Positions 38,602 through 52,642 of a stretch of DNA of 64,000 bases are shown in pieces. A program made the translations under genes and the position numbers. The stretch covers positions 81,654,001-81,718,000 of the forward strand of contig NC_043005.1 in the NCBI RefSeq assembly GCF_006345805.1, written 5' to 3'. Origin of the DNA: Octopus sinensis. Its lineage: Eukaryota. The notes beneath the pieces were generated by a model. That model saw only the letters and a list, made by a program, of their open reading frames with translations, had not been told where the DNA came from and ran no database searches. How positions within the stretch are numbered: the stretch's first letter is position 1; each line of letters opens with the position of its first letter.

Positions 38602-40623
38602 ATGTATGTGTGTAAGAGAGAAAGAAAGAGAGAAAGAGACTGAGAAAGAGAGAGATGCGGTGAGTGAGAGAAACAAAGTGAGCGAGTGTCGGGAGAGATA
38701 GTAAGAGACGATCAGTAAAACCAGATAGCCAATCAGTTTGAAAGTGGATTCCGTTGATGAATATTTACAGAGATTTTGTTAACTACCTCGAGTAAAAAAG
38801 AGCTTGAAATGATAACGAAGTAAACCTCATGACACTCCGCAACTTTACTGAAGAGGGTAAACTTATAACCAGTTTAAAATATCGAGAAGACTTTTGGGAA
38901 ATTACGGTTATCTGAATATTTTATTGGGGTAAATATGGTGCAAGAGATTTGGAGAATAGTTTAGCTGCCACATCGTGGCTTGCTGAATAATAGATAGGAC
39001 AGGGAATAATATAGTGTCTTTTTTTTTTATTTTTAATCTGAATTTCTACTTAAAGTGCCATCCTGATTCAGATATGGAAGCTAGGATTATTTCTAATCTT
39101 TTAATCTACTGTATGCAACTCACTGCAATCATAATGAGCTTGTACTGAAAGCAAGGAACTTGCTGAATTACTCTCCCTCATAAATATTAGTCGTTGCGAC
39201 CATAATATGAGATATTCTCTAAAGATTTAACTTTTTTTTATTAATACAACTTACTCATTCCTGAACGAAACAATACGCTTTTATTTTAATCAATTATTTT
39301 GTAGCGTAAAGTGACTTTATTCTATAGAAATATGATGGTTAAACACTCATTTTTTTCTTTTTACATTGTAATTTGAAAATAAATAATGAAGTAAAGTAAG
39401 TTAGAAGTAAAATAATAAATTTCCCGTTTGTTATATTTGGCATTTCTGAAATTTATCAGCAGAGATACTTGGAAAGGTTAAATGGAACGCCTGCTGTATA
39501 CAACCACGTTCAAGTAGATAAGAATATTGTGAAAGAGTTTGAATATATGAGCATGGATCGATAACTAAAATCAAACTTAAATGCCATTGAAAACTGTTAA
39601 ACTCAAATTTCGATTAATGTATTGATTTCTGAAACATACTCGAGACCGGGAGAGGGAACCGTCAATTAAATCGATATCAGTATCCGACTGGTCCGTTATT
39701 TTTCGCACCAAGGAAGCATGAAAGCTAAACTGACATCGATGGGATACAAATTCGGGGCATAATGCTTTAGTGACTAAATGCAGTATATCAGTGTGTATGT
39801 ATCTCTTCCGATTCTACAAAACACCTACGTAATTTCAATGAATATATTATTGGCGTATATTATTGATCGATAAAGTGCCACACGAAAAGTAGATAGCAAC
39901 AAAGAAGAAAGAAACGAGGAGAGGACGAATAATGAAATGAATAGAAAAAGATACTTCATTATAAAAATAAATATCCTGTTGTTAGTTAAATAGATGAATT
40001 AAAAGGAAAATACCTAAAAATTTCACGGGCCGTATCCCGCTATCATTGTTATTTAGCTGCAATTCATTCCCCATGGAGAATAAACATGAGCAAACTTACA
40101 CTATTCGGATCCATCTCAAAGTTTTGTATTAGGTACTATATTATCCAGTATATTATTTTTGTTATTTTATGATGACATTATGCATTTTAGGAAGATGTAT
40201 GGTGCAGAAATCAGGCAACCAAGTAAAGAGATTGATCTCTAACGTAGGCAGGATGGAAACAATATATGAATTCATCTTTGAAAATTATCTCGTTATTGAT
40301 CATGAAAATCAAGTCAATTCACTGAAGTGTTTCAATGTTAGTGAGCATATCTCCTGTGAATTTGTGGCCTTGCGTCAATGTTTGAGATCAATAATTACTG
40401 CTGTACCTGCCACAGCTATTCCTGAAAATATGCGCGTGTGTGTTTCGTAAAGTATAAATGCTGCAGAGATACGTTCACACCATACTGAATGAAAAAATGG
40501 TTTATAAGGTTAAATAGACATATTTTATTCCAGAAAACTGTAACAAGAATGTGATACTAATAAATGTATTTATCATAATCTTAAGTACGTACATACATAT
40601 TTACATACTTACATACATACATC

Positions 40624-40990
40624 AAGTTTATACCTGTAATTATTGAGGCCCTAGGATAAGTAGCACACTGCCTAAATACCAATCCTAAGAAATTAGGCTT
40701 CTCAAAACCAGAAAGGAGAAAGCTAATTCGAAGGCTACAGATCAAATCCATCACTGGGACTGTAAAAATCTGTAAACATCTCCAGATTTAAATATATATG
40801 AGGATGTCTAGGTATGCAACTATATGCATGAGAACACACATAAAACTAAATATACAAATCTTCACATATACATACATACAAACAAAAGTACGTTGTTGAT
40901 GTTGAAATTCCAAGGAAGGAACCTTCAATCTAGGTTAGTAAGCGGCTCTTTCTCCATTGGCAAGAAATCTTGAAATAAAACTGAACAATC
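40624..40990 (+). mobile_element. 3' end of a restriction-like-endonuclease LINE between (CATA)n runs
   Basis: KFIPVIIEALG*VAHCL...LIRRLQIKSITGTVKICKHLQI* resembles the C-terminal pattern at 5721; 3' UTR follows. Confidence 0.65.
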
Positions 40991-41310
40991 ACATACATAC
41001 ATATGTGTGCTTGTGTTTGTGCGTATGTATGATTGTAAAGTATAAGGAGTTCCGTCCTGATAAATGGAGAACTTGTCAAAGTGAAAAAAACTGTGTCGTT
41101 GCGTCTCTGCTTGTCAGCTCTGCAACACTTGACAACCGGTGTTGATTCGTTTACACCCACGTAGCATGCTGGCTCAGCAAATTACAGAAAACCTGAATTT
41201 AAATATAACTACTACGTCCGATTCTTTCTACCAAAGGATAGGATGCTGCGTCTTTAGAATGACTGAAAGCAATATATGTATGTGTGTGTGTGTGTGTGTA
41301 CGCACACACA

Positions 41311-41498
41311 CGAGGCGGTGCTGAAAAGTTCCTGGCTTTGAGGCCTGGCTGCAATCCCAGCTGGGTTACAAAAAGAGTGAAGGATCGCTGCAATAAATGT
41401 GTGAATCTGAGAGGCGAATATGTCGAATAAAATCCAAATAAATTGATCGTCTTCTATTTTCTTCTACACAAAGGCAGCAGCTTTTCAGCACTCCCCCG
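41311..41498. mobile_element. Mariner-type MITE
   Basis: TIRs cgaggcggtgctgaaaag ... cttttcagcactcccccg. Confidence 0.7.
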
Positions 41499-41509
41499 TG
41501 AATATATAT

Positions 41510-41552
<43 letters not shown>

Positions 41553-43444
41553 TGTAAACACACACAAATATATATATACATACACATAGAGACGTGTGTC
41601 TGTGTGCGTTGTTGGGAATGCTTAAATACATCATATTTCGTGAGAACAATTGTATGAAAACAAAATTCTAACAAAGGAGAGGGCCTGTGCTGCATAGGAT
41701 ATTTCTGCATACTAATTGCCAAGTTAGGTTCCCTCGCACAACGGAATGCGTGTTGAAATGCGCCGATTATCTTTGCTGTTAGTAGACAATGTCTCTTACT
41801 GAATGGTTTTCACATCAAAAAACAGTGATTACTGCAGATACATTATGGAAAACATATAACTTTGTCTCTTGCTACTTTTCTCTCTATCTCTCTTTCGTTC
41901 TTTTTCTCTTTCTCTCCCCTGTTCCCTCTCGTACACTTTCTGCTTGTATGATACGTATATACAAATACACACACATATATCTGTACATATGTATGCATGC
42001 ATTTATACATCTAGATGATAGATAGATAGATACATAGATAAATAAGTGAGCATATATCACACAAACGCACATATGTGTGTGTTTCTATGAATATACATAC
42101 ACATATGCATGCATACAAACATACATGCATTCATGTATACATACATAGATAAATGTGTGTATATGTGTCCTTGTATGTGTGTGTGACGTTATATGTGAGA
42201 GTGACTTATGTGGATTTCATTACGGATTTTTTGATAGATCTATTGAATTCTTCGTGTAATTCCCATTAGACTTCATATGTATAGCACCAAAAACTGTAAT
42301 TTGTACGATTCACTAAATTACTTCTGGGACCAAATAGTTTTAGAGCCGACTTTTGCTTTCATTGCATAGTGGTCGATAATCTAAGTTATTGCAATGCACA
42401 GAAGTGAATTCATTTGACTATAAATTCTCCTTTATGAACATTAACTTTGCTACGATTGAAAAGAAATGAATAATCGTGGTAAAGAAAAGGCTTTGAGTCG
42501 AGGTCAAAATAAGAGCAACTCTGGCTGAATGAATGTGTTACAGCTAATAATTTTATTGTGCTTCACCTTCTGCGTTCAAATTCGTCTCGAGTCAACCTTA
42601 ACGTTTCCATATCCGTGGTTATAACGTAATATCAATTAGGAAGTAGAATTAATCTGATTAAATTTTTCACTTGGAAAACTATGGCGTAATAGGTAATAAA
42701 AGCAAATTCAATTAAGTTTTAAGGATTAAAACAGCTTATGACGTAAGCAAAACAAAAAAGACAACAAAATTTGTTCAACACACGAGTTTAAATCAAGAAT
42801 CTTGCCAATGAAATGCAACAACGGAAAAGCAGAAACGTTTTTTTTTAATTAAACCTACACCTATTGTAAAAAACACAATGGACATAACTCTCTCTATATA
42901 TATAAGCTCAGGTGTGGTTGTGTGGTAAGAAGTTTGCTTCCCAAATACTTGGTTTGGGATTCAGTTCTTAGATTGAGTCTTAGAAGTGATTTAGTTCTTT
43001 GATTGAGTCTTAGAAGTGATTTAGAAGAACATGGTAATTTTATGATATATGATATGAATGACACAGCAGCTGGGAATAATACCAGTTTTCATAAATTTAA
43101 GCCACTGAATATTTTGCATTCCATCATATTCGCTTGAAGATTGAATGTTACACATTCATGATTTCTCTTCATGTTCATCTTCGGTTTTGTTCCGGTTTTA
43201 TGAAAATCTGATGCATCAAAACGAAAATATCATCTACTTATGAAACTGAAAGTTTGTTCATTTTGAAAAACTTCCATTTACGTGTATCCATTTTCTCTAT
43301 TGAAGATATACTGCAATAGTTGTTGTCATGTAATCCCAGATCAATCGTGTGTCGGGTCATCTATCATCAGAAACATTTGAGCCATGACCATTCCTAACAC
43401 TAAATTATATAACATATTCTTATGTTTAATAAGATGATAAAGTA

Positions 43445-43665
43445 TGGCGACATGCTGGCAGAACCGTTAGGACGTCGGGGGAAATGCTTAGCGGTATTTC
43501 GTCCGTCTTAACATTTTGAGTTCAAATTCTGCCCCAGATCAACTTTGCTATTCATCCTTTCTGGTTTGATAAAATAGGTACCAGTTAAGTACTGGAGTAG
43601 ATGTAATCGACTAGCCTCCTCCCCACCTCTGAATTACTATCATTGTGCCAACAATTTGAAACCAA
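43445..43665 (+). mobile_element. SINE family B, diverged
   Basis: gctggcagaaccgttagg, gaaatgcttagcggtatttcg, gagttcaaattc, ttcatcctttc. Confidence 0.8.
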
Positions 43666-46228
43666 TAAGATGATAAAGGGTTACCTGATGTAAATTTTGG
43701 TTATAATTTTCCGTTGCATCTGCGGTCTCATACTGGCTTTTTCGTTGGATCTTGCAGTATAGACACTTACTATCATTTAAATCCAGGACCATAACCAATC
43801 TCCGGATCAATCCATTTTATTCTTCTATAACTGCTTTATCTACAGTTATCTACCTTTCCTAACACTACGTTGTAATTTGACAGAAATTCGAATGTTATTT
43901 CCATCAATTCAACGTCGTCGTAAATGCTAGATGGTTGGCAAATAATTTAGAGTGGTTTCAGCTTTGTGTCTATATTTAACAAACTTTCAGCAATTGAGAT
44001 CTGCAGTCTCAGTGTATTGCACAGCTGACTGAATATATCTACACATGGTGCCAACACAGGGATGTCAGATGCAGCTTGTTCTTAAAGACATCGTCAATGA
44101 GGGTTAAGGGGGTTAATTGCATACGCCAATTATATGTTACAGCAAATATGATTACCAAAATATTTCATATGCTTGCTGGCTGGCTTACAGCCCACAGTGT
44201 CCTTGTCTATCTACATTAGGTGTTTGTTATAATTACATAAATCGCTAGGTGGGGAAATGTAGAATCAGATCAAGGTATAAATGACAGTACTCAGCCTAAT
44301 GGTTCTACACATTATATATATATATATAGAGAAATGTTCTACGTTCTTCATTGGAAATATTTTCTCGTATCTTATAGAGAATTTATCACATATCAGATAC
44401 ATCTAACTGAAACTAGAAACTTCATCATGTCTCTATTTTATCGCGATTAACGTTGGCATTACATCAAATAAATCTCTATGATGTTTTTGTTTGTTATTTT
44501 CATCACAGCTTTAATGAAAAATTAGTAAGTAGTGCAGTGTCAGCACAATCATATTGAAACAAAATTGCGTCTCTATAAACCTCTGACTCTTAATGTTGGT
44601 GAGGCTCTGTGTTCGAGAATTTATTCAGTGAATTAGACAATATTTTAAATGAAAAACTAAATTAATGGACAATGATCAAAGCCAAGAAAATGCAACACTG
44701 TACGATATTATTTATAGCTTCAATTTTACTTCATAAGTTAATGGCAGACAGGTCAAATAATAAAGACTTCGATAGATCAATGATTTTGTTTGTCATTCTT
44801 ATGGTACATACAGTGCTTTTAAAAAATATATTTGTCCTCCTGTAATCATATGACTAAGTATAGGGAGGAATACCACAGCACGGTTTCGTGTTCTAGTTTA
44901 ATCTTGGTAGATTACATTTACCCGTTTTGTAAAAAATGGCAAATAAAAAAAAATGCCTGAGAACTATATACATATCATAACGATATTTACAAGAAACGTC
45001 GTAAACTCAACGACAGGAATAATCATCGCTCTGTGCTCATCTGAGACATAAAGTAGCGATACGAAAATCAGAAATGTGATGAAATAGATTTTTATGCAAA
45101 ATGCAGAACTATATAACTGTCATATTAATGAGGACAAATGTAAATAGAACTACATGTTTGATAGTTAATTGATGTCTCCCTATTTACTGATGCTCATACT
45201 TTATTGGCTTGTCACAAATAACTATTCCGTCTACAGTAGGCACATGGTACGAAATTGCGATGGCATTTGACGTCAGAACGTAAAACAGTAAGAAATACGA
45301 CGTTCTAATAATCTTTATTCCTTCATTATTATTTTGATGTATAATTATATAAACCATTAAAACCATATTCCTAAAAATATCTCAAAGATTTCTACGTTGA
45401 CGTTGATTTCATTCTCTATTTAAAAACATTTAAAAAGTTTCTTTATATTACTGATTTCTTACCACAATAATGTTTATTGACTTGCAGCACTCGAGCACAA
45501 AATAATAACGTAGATAATTTGTAACATGAACATAATATACCCTAGATTTTTAGAAGTACTGATTATTAACTTGAACTGAGAATTATTTATTATGTCAATC
45601 AAAGAAAATATACCATACAAACGTTTTCGTTGGTGTGCAGAAATACATTTCATGAAAAAAGATATTACCAGTAAATATTTTATAGAGATTTTTTTCAGAT
45701 AAGATGTCACAGAATTTCTAATATAGTTTGAACTCATAGCATAGTTTTTTCAAACACAGCTTAGTTTTTTCAAACATTTATGTAGGGTTTCACAACATTT
45801 TGTCCATCACCTTATTTGTTGCTATTCAAGAGTGAGATAAGTTTGACAGGCTTTCGTCGTTCAAATTCTATTCGTGTGAAATCATTAACTGATATCCTAT
45901 ACTTCAAACTACAAAGAATATTGAATTGTAAAGGCTGAATAACTTCATTAGAAAGGAAAGCACATACGCACACACAGACACACACATACATACACACATA
46001 TAATACATAAAACTATATATATAATATGTATAATCGAAAAATCTTCTTCCTCAAAAATTTTAGTAACATCCTGATAAAAGATTTCATAACTTTTCTTTAA
46101 ACAATATTTAAAAAAAAAATTGCCTTTACATTTCAAAACTGCATTAAGTAATTTTCATAGACTTTCTAATATATATATATCTGTGTGTGCGTAAATATGC
46201 GTGTATATATATGTAGATATATATGCCT

Positions 46229-46229
46229 C

Positions 46230-46309
<80 letters not shown>

Positions 46310-46310
46310 C

Positions 46311-46348
<38 letters not shown>

Positions 46349-46350
46349 GT
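46229..46350. repeat. (TATC)n tetranucleotide repeat
   Basis: About 30 units. Confidence 0.95.
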
Positions 46351-46918
46351 CTATACAATCTCTCTCTTTGTCTCTCTCTCTCTCTTTCTGTATACATATA
46401 TGAATGATAAGATCTGATATAATGTGTTATATTATGATATTACAGTGAATTTCGATGATCAAAGGCTTGGCAGCACGTATTTTACAAGATGGGTTCATTT
46501 ATATTTACTTCATCACCTACAAGCGATGCCTTATATGCTTTTCTTTTCCTTCTTAGTTCATCAGTCACCAAATAATAGCTTTATTACACACTAGAAACAT
46601 CTTTTCAGCTGATCATAACACGACGACTGTGCTGTATTGAAAATATGTTAATACGTGTATATGAACACAAAAATAGAGAAACGCACATGTTTTTTTCCTT
46701 TTTAAGATATGAAAAATATGAATTTAAAGAAGAGCATTAAGTTTTCTTTTTATGAACTCTACCATATTCTTCAGTATCGAAATTTTTAACACACGCCACG
46801 ATTTGTTCTGTATATATGCTTACTTAACCTCATGTGTAAGCGTTATCATTTTATGTAGACGGACATACATATATACACAATATATGCATACACACACACA
46901 CACAACATAGATATATAT

Positions 46919-46952
<34 letters not shown>

Positions 46953-47673
46953 ACAGTTTAGCAAGAAATTTATTGATAGTGACTTCGAAGTTCCTTCCAG
47001 CTAAGCCTCCATCAGACTCTGTTGCATTTGAAGTCATCTTGGTGTAATATAGTCTTTATTTTGTTGAGTAAGCTGAGTTCTGTTTCATGATGATAAAACT
47101 GCATAGTAGTAGGTTGTAATGGCAAGATGTTACGGAGAATGTTCATTGACTAAATTTTTGGAATTTAGTAGAAATTCGTAATCAGATATGTATATTTAAC
47201 TGTTGCTGTTAGACTCTTGGCCACTTGATGTCACCTAGTTTAGTTTTTGTTTGTTCATTTGGATGTTAATAGAATAATCAAACTTTTGTTTGAGAATATA
47301 AAGATTAAATCGTAGATTTTGGTCCACTGGCTCCTTAACGAAATTTTCTTGGAGGTTGCAATCCTTTTTACAAATCATTTTTTACGCAGTTTTCTAAACC
47401 CGAGAAAAGGAAGCAGGGACGCAAATTTTGATTATGTACACTTCAGAAATGTTAGGAGTTGTGCTTGCATGCTTAGTACGCCCTGCACCTCGTGTTCCCT
47501 GGTCTATGCTTAAGTCATGTCTTAATTATGTGGATTTACAAGGCATTTAAGATTTTAGGAATTGGAATTTTAGGAACTAGAATTTGTTAGGTACGTAGTA
47601 GCAGATCTGTAAAAAACCCCAGTGTTTATGGATGCAGAGAAATACTTGGTTCTGAAATTTGATGGCATAAGGG

Positions 47674-47705
<32 letters not shown>

Positions 47706-47720
47706 AGAAGAAGAAGAAGA
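47674..47720. repeat. (GCA)n(GAA)n compound repeat
   Basis: Visible runs. Confidence 0.9.
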
Positions 47721-48223
47721 GATGAAGACTTTGAATTTCAGTTTATACCGTTTTTTTCTTCCACTCAAGGATTTTATTTTGTTTACGTGATCTATGGCTT
47801 GATAGAAGTAGGTACTAAATAGACAAATGAATAATTATTTGTTTTTAAGATGGAGAGTAACATATTTATGAAGCCATGATATTGTAGATCTCATAAAACT
47901 ATTCCTTTAATACGAATAGAATTACATCTTCAACGACACTGATTATTGGTCTGCTGATTAAAGGCTAATCTGAGCTTTAATAATAACAATTACATTCGCT
48001 TGATTTCAGACAATTTGCTCTTGACTGCACCGAAGCAAAAAAGTAAAAATAACACGAAGAGTTGTTTGATTTGATCATCAGGCCAATATTTATTTCCACC
48101 ATATACGTACACGGACATATTAGCACGTGCAGACTCACACATACACACACATACACGCACATATATATATTTATATATATATGTATATATATATGTATAT
48201 ATATACATATATATATATATGTG

Positions 48224-48256
<33 letters not shown>

Positions 48257-48310
48257 GTGTATTATACATATATATATATATGTGTTATATATATATACAT
48301 ATATATAATA

Positions 48311-48353
<43 letters not shown>

Positions 48354-48409
48354 GTGTAATATATACATATATATACATATATATATTATATATATGTGTA
48401 TATATATAC

Positions 48410-48441
<32 letters not shown>

Positions 48442-48596
48442 GTGTTATATATACATATATATATATACATATATATACATATATATATATACATTATATA
48501 TATATACATATATATATATATATCATATATATATATACATATATATATATACATATATATATATACATATATATATATACATATATATATATATAC

Positions 48597-48641
<45 letters not shown>

Positions 48642-48873
48642 CATATATATATATATACATATATATATATACAATATATTATAGTATACTACATACATAT
48701 ATATACATATATATATATCTACATATATATATATATACATATATATATATACATATATATATATACATACATATATATATGTATACACATATATATATAT
48801 ACATATATATATATACATATATATATATACATATATATATATACATATATATATACATATATATATATATGTG

Positions 48874-48917
<44 letters not shown>

Positions 48918-49067
48918 ACATATATATATATATATGTATATATATATACATATATATATATATATGTGTATATCTATATACATATCTAATATATGTGTAT
49001 ATATATATACATATATATATATATGTATATATATATACAATTATATATATATATATATATATATACC

Positions 49068-49117
<50 letters not shown>

Positions 49118-49259
49118 GTTACCTATATATATACATATATATATGTACATATATATGTACATATATATATACATATATATATATCTATATATGTATATAT
49201 ATATATACATATATATATGTACATATATATATATATACATATGTATATATATATATACA

Positions 49260-49700
49260 TAATAAATATTAGGGAATAAATCCAAATTTACAGGGAAAAA
49301 ACAGATTTAGGATTAAATCCAATTTTATAGTAAAATATTATAAAATATTATTAAGACAAAACCACTATTTTGCAAAACAAACAAGGAAAGACTTAATCAA
49401 CATAAATTTTAATAAATAGTCAAAAAACCGCCACTATATATTGATTATAATGGATTTTATATAGGTTATATATGTATTATATACTTATATTTTTTCATTC
49501 ATACTTTAATTATTTTAAAATTATTATTTTTTATATTTTAAAATATTGATTTTTTAGATTGGAAGTCCACCTGAAGATTGTCGATCAAGACAAGAAACGA
49601 TTGTAGTGGCGGTTTTTTTGACTATTTATTAAATTTTATGTATTGATTAAGTCTTTCCTTGTTTGTTTTGCAAATAGTGGTTTTGTCTCTAATATAATAT
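49260..49700 (+). mobile_element. Penelope-like terminal-repeat island with partial inverted copy
   Basis: 49347-49436 is the reverse complement of 49604-49697; contains a hammerhead motif. Confidence 0.65.
49567..49609 (+). ncRNA. Type I minimal hammerhead ribozyme
   Basis: ccac CTGAAGA ttgtc gatcaa gacaa GAAA cgattg TA gtgg: 4-bp stem I, 5-bp stem II, near-palindromic stem III, GUA site (cut predicted after 49605). Confidence 0.85.
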
Positions 49701-49812
49701 ATTTATATATATACAATATATATGTATATATATATATACATATATATATGTACATATATATATATTATACTATATATATATATGTATATATATATACATA
49801 TATATATGTACA

Positions 49813-49850
<38 letters not shown>

Positions 49851-49993
49851 CATATATATATACATATATATATGTACATATATATATATATATACATATA
49901 TATATATGTATATAATATACATATATATATGTACATATATATATATATCCATATATATATATATATGTATATATATATACATATATAATGTAC

Positions 49994-50026
<33 letters not shown>

Positions 50027-50041
50027 CATATATATATATAC

Positions 50042-50072
<31 letters not shown>

Positions 50073-50349
50073 CATATATATATATAAATGTATATATATA
50101 TACATATATATATGTACATATATATATATACATATATAATATATATATGTATATATATATACATATATATATATGTACATATATATATATACATAATATA
50201 TATATGTATATATATATACATATATATATGTACATATATATATATGTATATATATATATATATGTATATATTATACATATATATATGTACATATATATAT
50301 ATGTATATATATATATATATGTGTATATATATAATACATATATATGTAC

Positions 50350-50381
<32 letters not shown>

Positions 50382-50600
50382 GTATATATATCTATACCAT
50401 ATATAATTGTACATATATATTATATGTATATATATATATATGTATATATATTATACACCTATATATATATGTATATACATATATATATATGTATATACAT
50501 ATATATATGTATATATATATAACATATATATATATATGTATATATATACATATATATATATGTATATATATATACATATATATATATATATGTCTATATA

Positions 50601-50666
<66 letters not shown>

Positions 50667-50701
50667 TATATGTATATATCTATATACATATAAATATATA
50701 C

Positions 50702-50748
<47 letters not shown>

Positions 50749-50830
50749 CATATACATATATATATATATATATACATCTATATATATACATATATATATA
50801 CATATATATATACATACATATAATATATAC

Positions 50831-50885
<55 letters not shown>

Positions 50886-51091
50886 AATAAAAGATGAATA
50901 ATCTTGTTGCAGATTAATCAAAAGTTTAACCGATACCTTGGTAGCAAAAATCACAGCAGAAGACAGCATGGTTGGAGGTACAACCATATGGTGTCGCAAC
51001 CATGCGTTGGTGCGGATAATTGAATTTTATATTATTAGTGAATTGAAGAAATGGAGTTGAACGAAGATTGAACAGAAATCGTTTTATTGCA

Positions 51092-51171
51092 TTCTACACA
51101 TGTTTCGAAAGCCACAATTTACCAAATTCCGATTGAATAAGGAGACCATATTGAGTCTTTCTCTTCAGGAA
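51092..51171 (-). ncRNA. Type I hammerhead ribozyme (left-arm copy)
   Basis: Minus strand: ttc CTGAAGA gaaag...ctttc GAAA catgtg TA gaa. Confidence 0.75.
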
Positions 51172-51308
51172 GAAATAGGAAATCCGTTGTAAAAAAACAA
51201 AAACAGAACAGAGGCGGAGCAAAACAAATCGAACGAGGCTCCTAAGAGCCCATGGCCAAACTCCGCCTCTGTTCTGTTTTTGTTTTTCTCCAACGGATTT
51301 CCTATTTC

Positions 51309-51388
51309 TTCCTGAAGAGAAAGACACAATATGGTCTCCTTATTCAATCGGAATTTGGTAAATTGTGGCTTTCGAAACACGTGTAGAA
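51309..51388 (+). ncRNA. Type I hammerhead ribozyme (right-arm copy)
   Basis: ttc CTGAAGA gaaag-a-cacaat...attgtg-g-ctttc GAAA cacgtg TA gaa; palindromic stem III, cut predicted after 51385. Confidence 0.82.
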
Positions 51389-51448
51389 TGCAATAAAACG
51401 ATTTCTGTTCAATCTTCGTTCAACTCCATTTCTACAATTCACTAATAA

Positions 51449-51482
<34 letters not shown>

Positions 51483-51524
51483 CATATATTTATATATATA
51501 CATATATATATATATACATATACA

Positions 51525-51909
51525 TCTCTCTATATATAAACGGCAGTTTGTCTGTGTGTGTTTCTGTGTGTCTGTTTTCTCGTACCCTCACCCTGACCAC
51601 GGCTTTCAACCGATTCTGATGAAACTTGACACACACATAGCCCAATGTCATAATTCAAATCTAACGCAGCGAAAATTTTGAAAAGTTCCCCCAGTTCTGA
51701 AAAAAATCGATAAATTCGACATGGGGGTCGAGAATCAGAAACACAAACTGCAAACTGTCTATGGGACGCAACTCCACCTTTTTTTACTCTCAAAAGAAAT
51801 TTACCATAATTTTTTTCCATTTTTTTGCTATCTTTTGGCTATAACTCTCTAAAAATGCTTTATAGTTATTTCCCTTACAAACCTGAGCAACGCCGGGCGA
51901 TACTGCTAG
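51525..51909 (+). mobile_element. Non-autonomous Helitron
   Basis: A|TC 5' end (tctctctatatataaa), CTAG|T 3' end, GC-rich imperfect hairpin cctgagcaacgccggg just upstream of CTAG, no target duplication or TIR. Confidence 0.8.
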
Positions 51910-52499
51910 TATATATATATACATATATATATATACATATATATATACATATACATATATATATATACATACATATATATATATTACATATATATAATAC
52001 ATATATATATATATACATATATATATATACATATATATACATATATATGTATATATGTATATATATATAATATACATATATATACATATATATGTATATA
52101 TAATATATATATATATACATATATATAATATATATACACTAATATATATGTGATATATATATATATATACATATATATATACATATATACATATATATGT
52201 ATATAAATATCTAATATACTACATATAGTACATATATAATAATATGTATAATATATATTACATATACATATATACATATATACATATATATGTATATATA
52301 TATATATACATATATATATATACATATATCATATATACATATATATGTATATATATTATATATACATATATATATATACATATATACATATATATGTATA
52401 TATATATATATACTATACATTATACATATATATGTATATATATATACTATATATACATATATATATATACATATATACATATATATGTATATATATATA

Positions 52500-52538
<39 letters not shown>

Positions 52539-52588
52539 TACATAGTATATATACAATATATATATATACATATATATACATATATATG

Positions 52589-52625
<37 letters not shown>

Positions 52626-52642
52626 TACATATATATATACAT

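Larger units (their letters stand above)
51028..51452. repeat. 425-bp palindrome (192-bp arms, 41-bp spacer), inverted Penelope-like terminal repeats
   Basis: 51028-51219 is the near-perfect reverse complement of 51261-51452. Confidence 0.92.
48160..52640. repeat. Multi-kb degenerate (TA)n/(TACA)n tract with embedded elements
   Basis: TA blocks at about 48160-49260, 49700-50880 and 51910-52640; all YI-rich ORFs here are artefacts. Confidence 0.95.

Noticed and set aside
46955-47580. Possible Penelope relic on the minus strand
   Set aside because: Only a ctgatgg/gaag variant and no readable GIY-YIG or RT motif.
50952-51010. cagaaga-hairpin-gcaa as a hammerhead
   Set aside because: The atggttg/caaccat hairpin is real, but both core strands deviate and there is no stem I.
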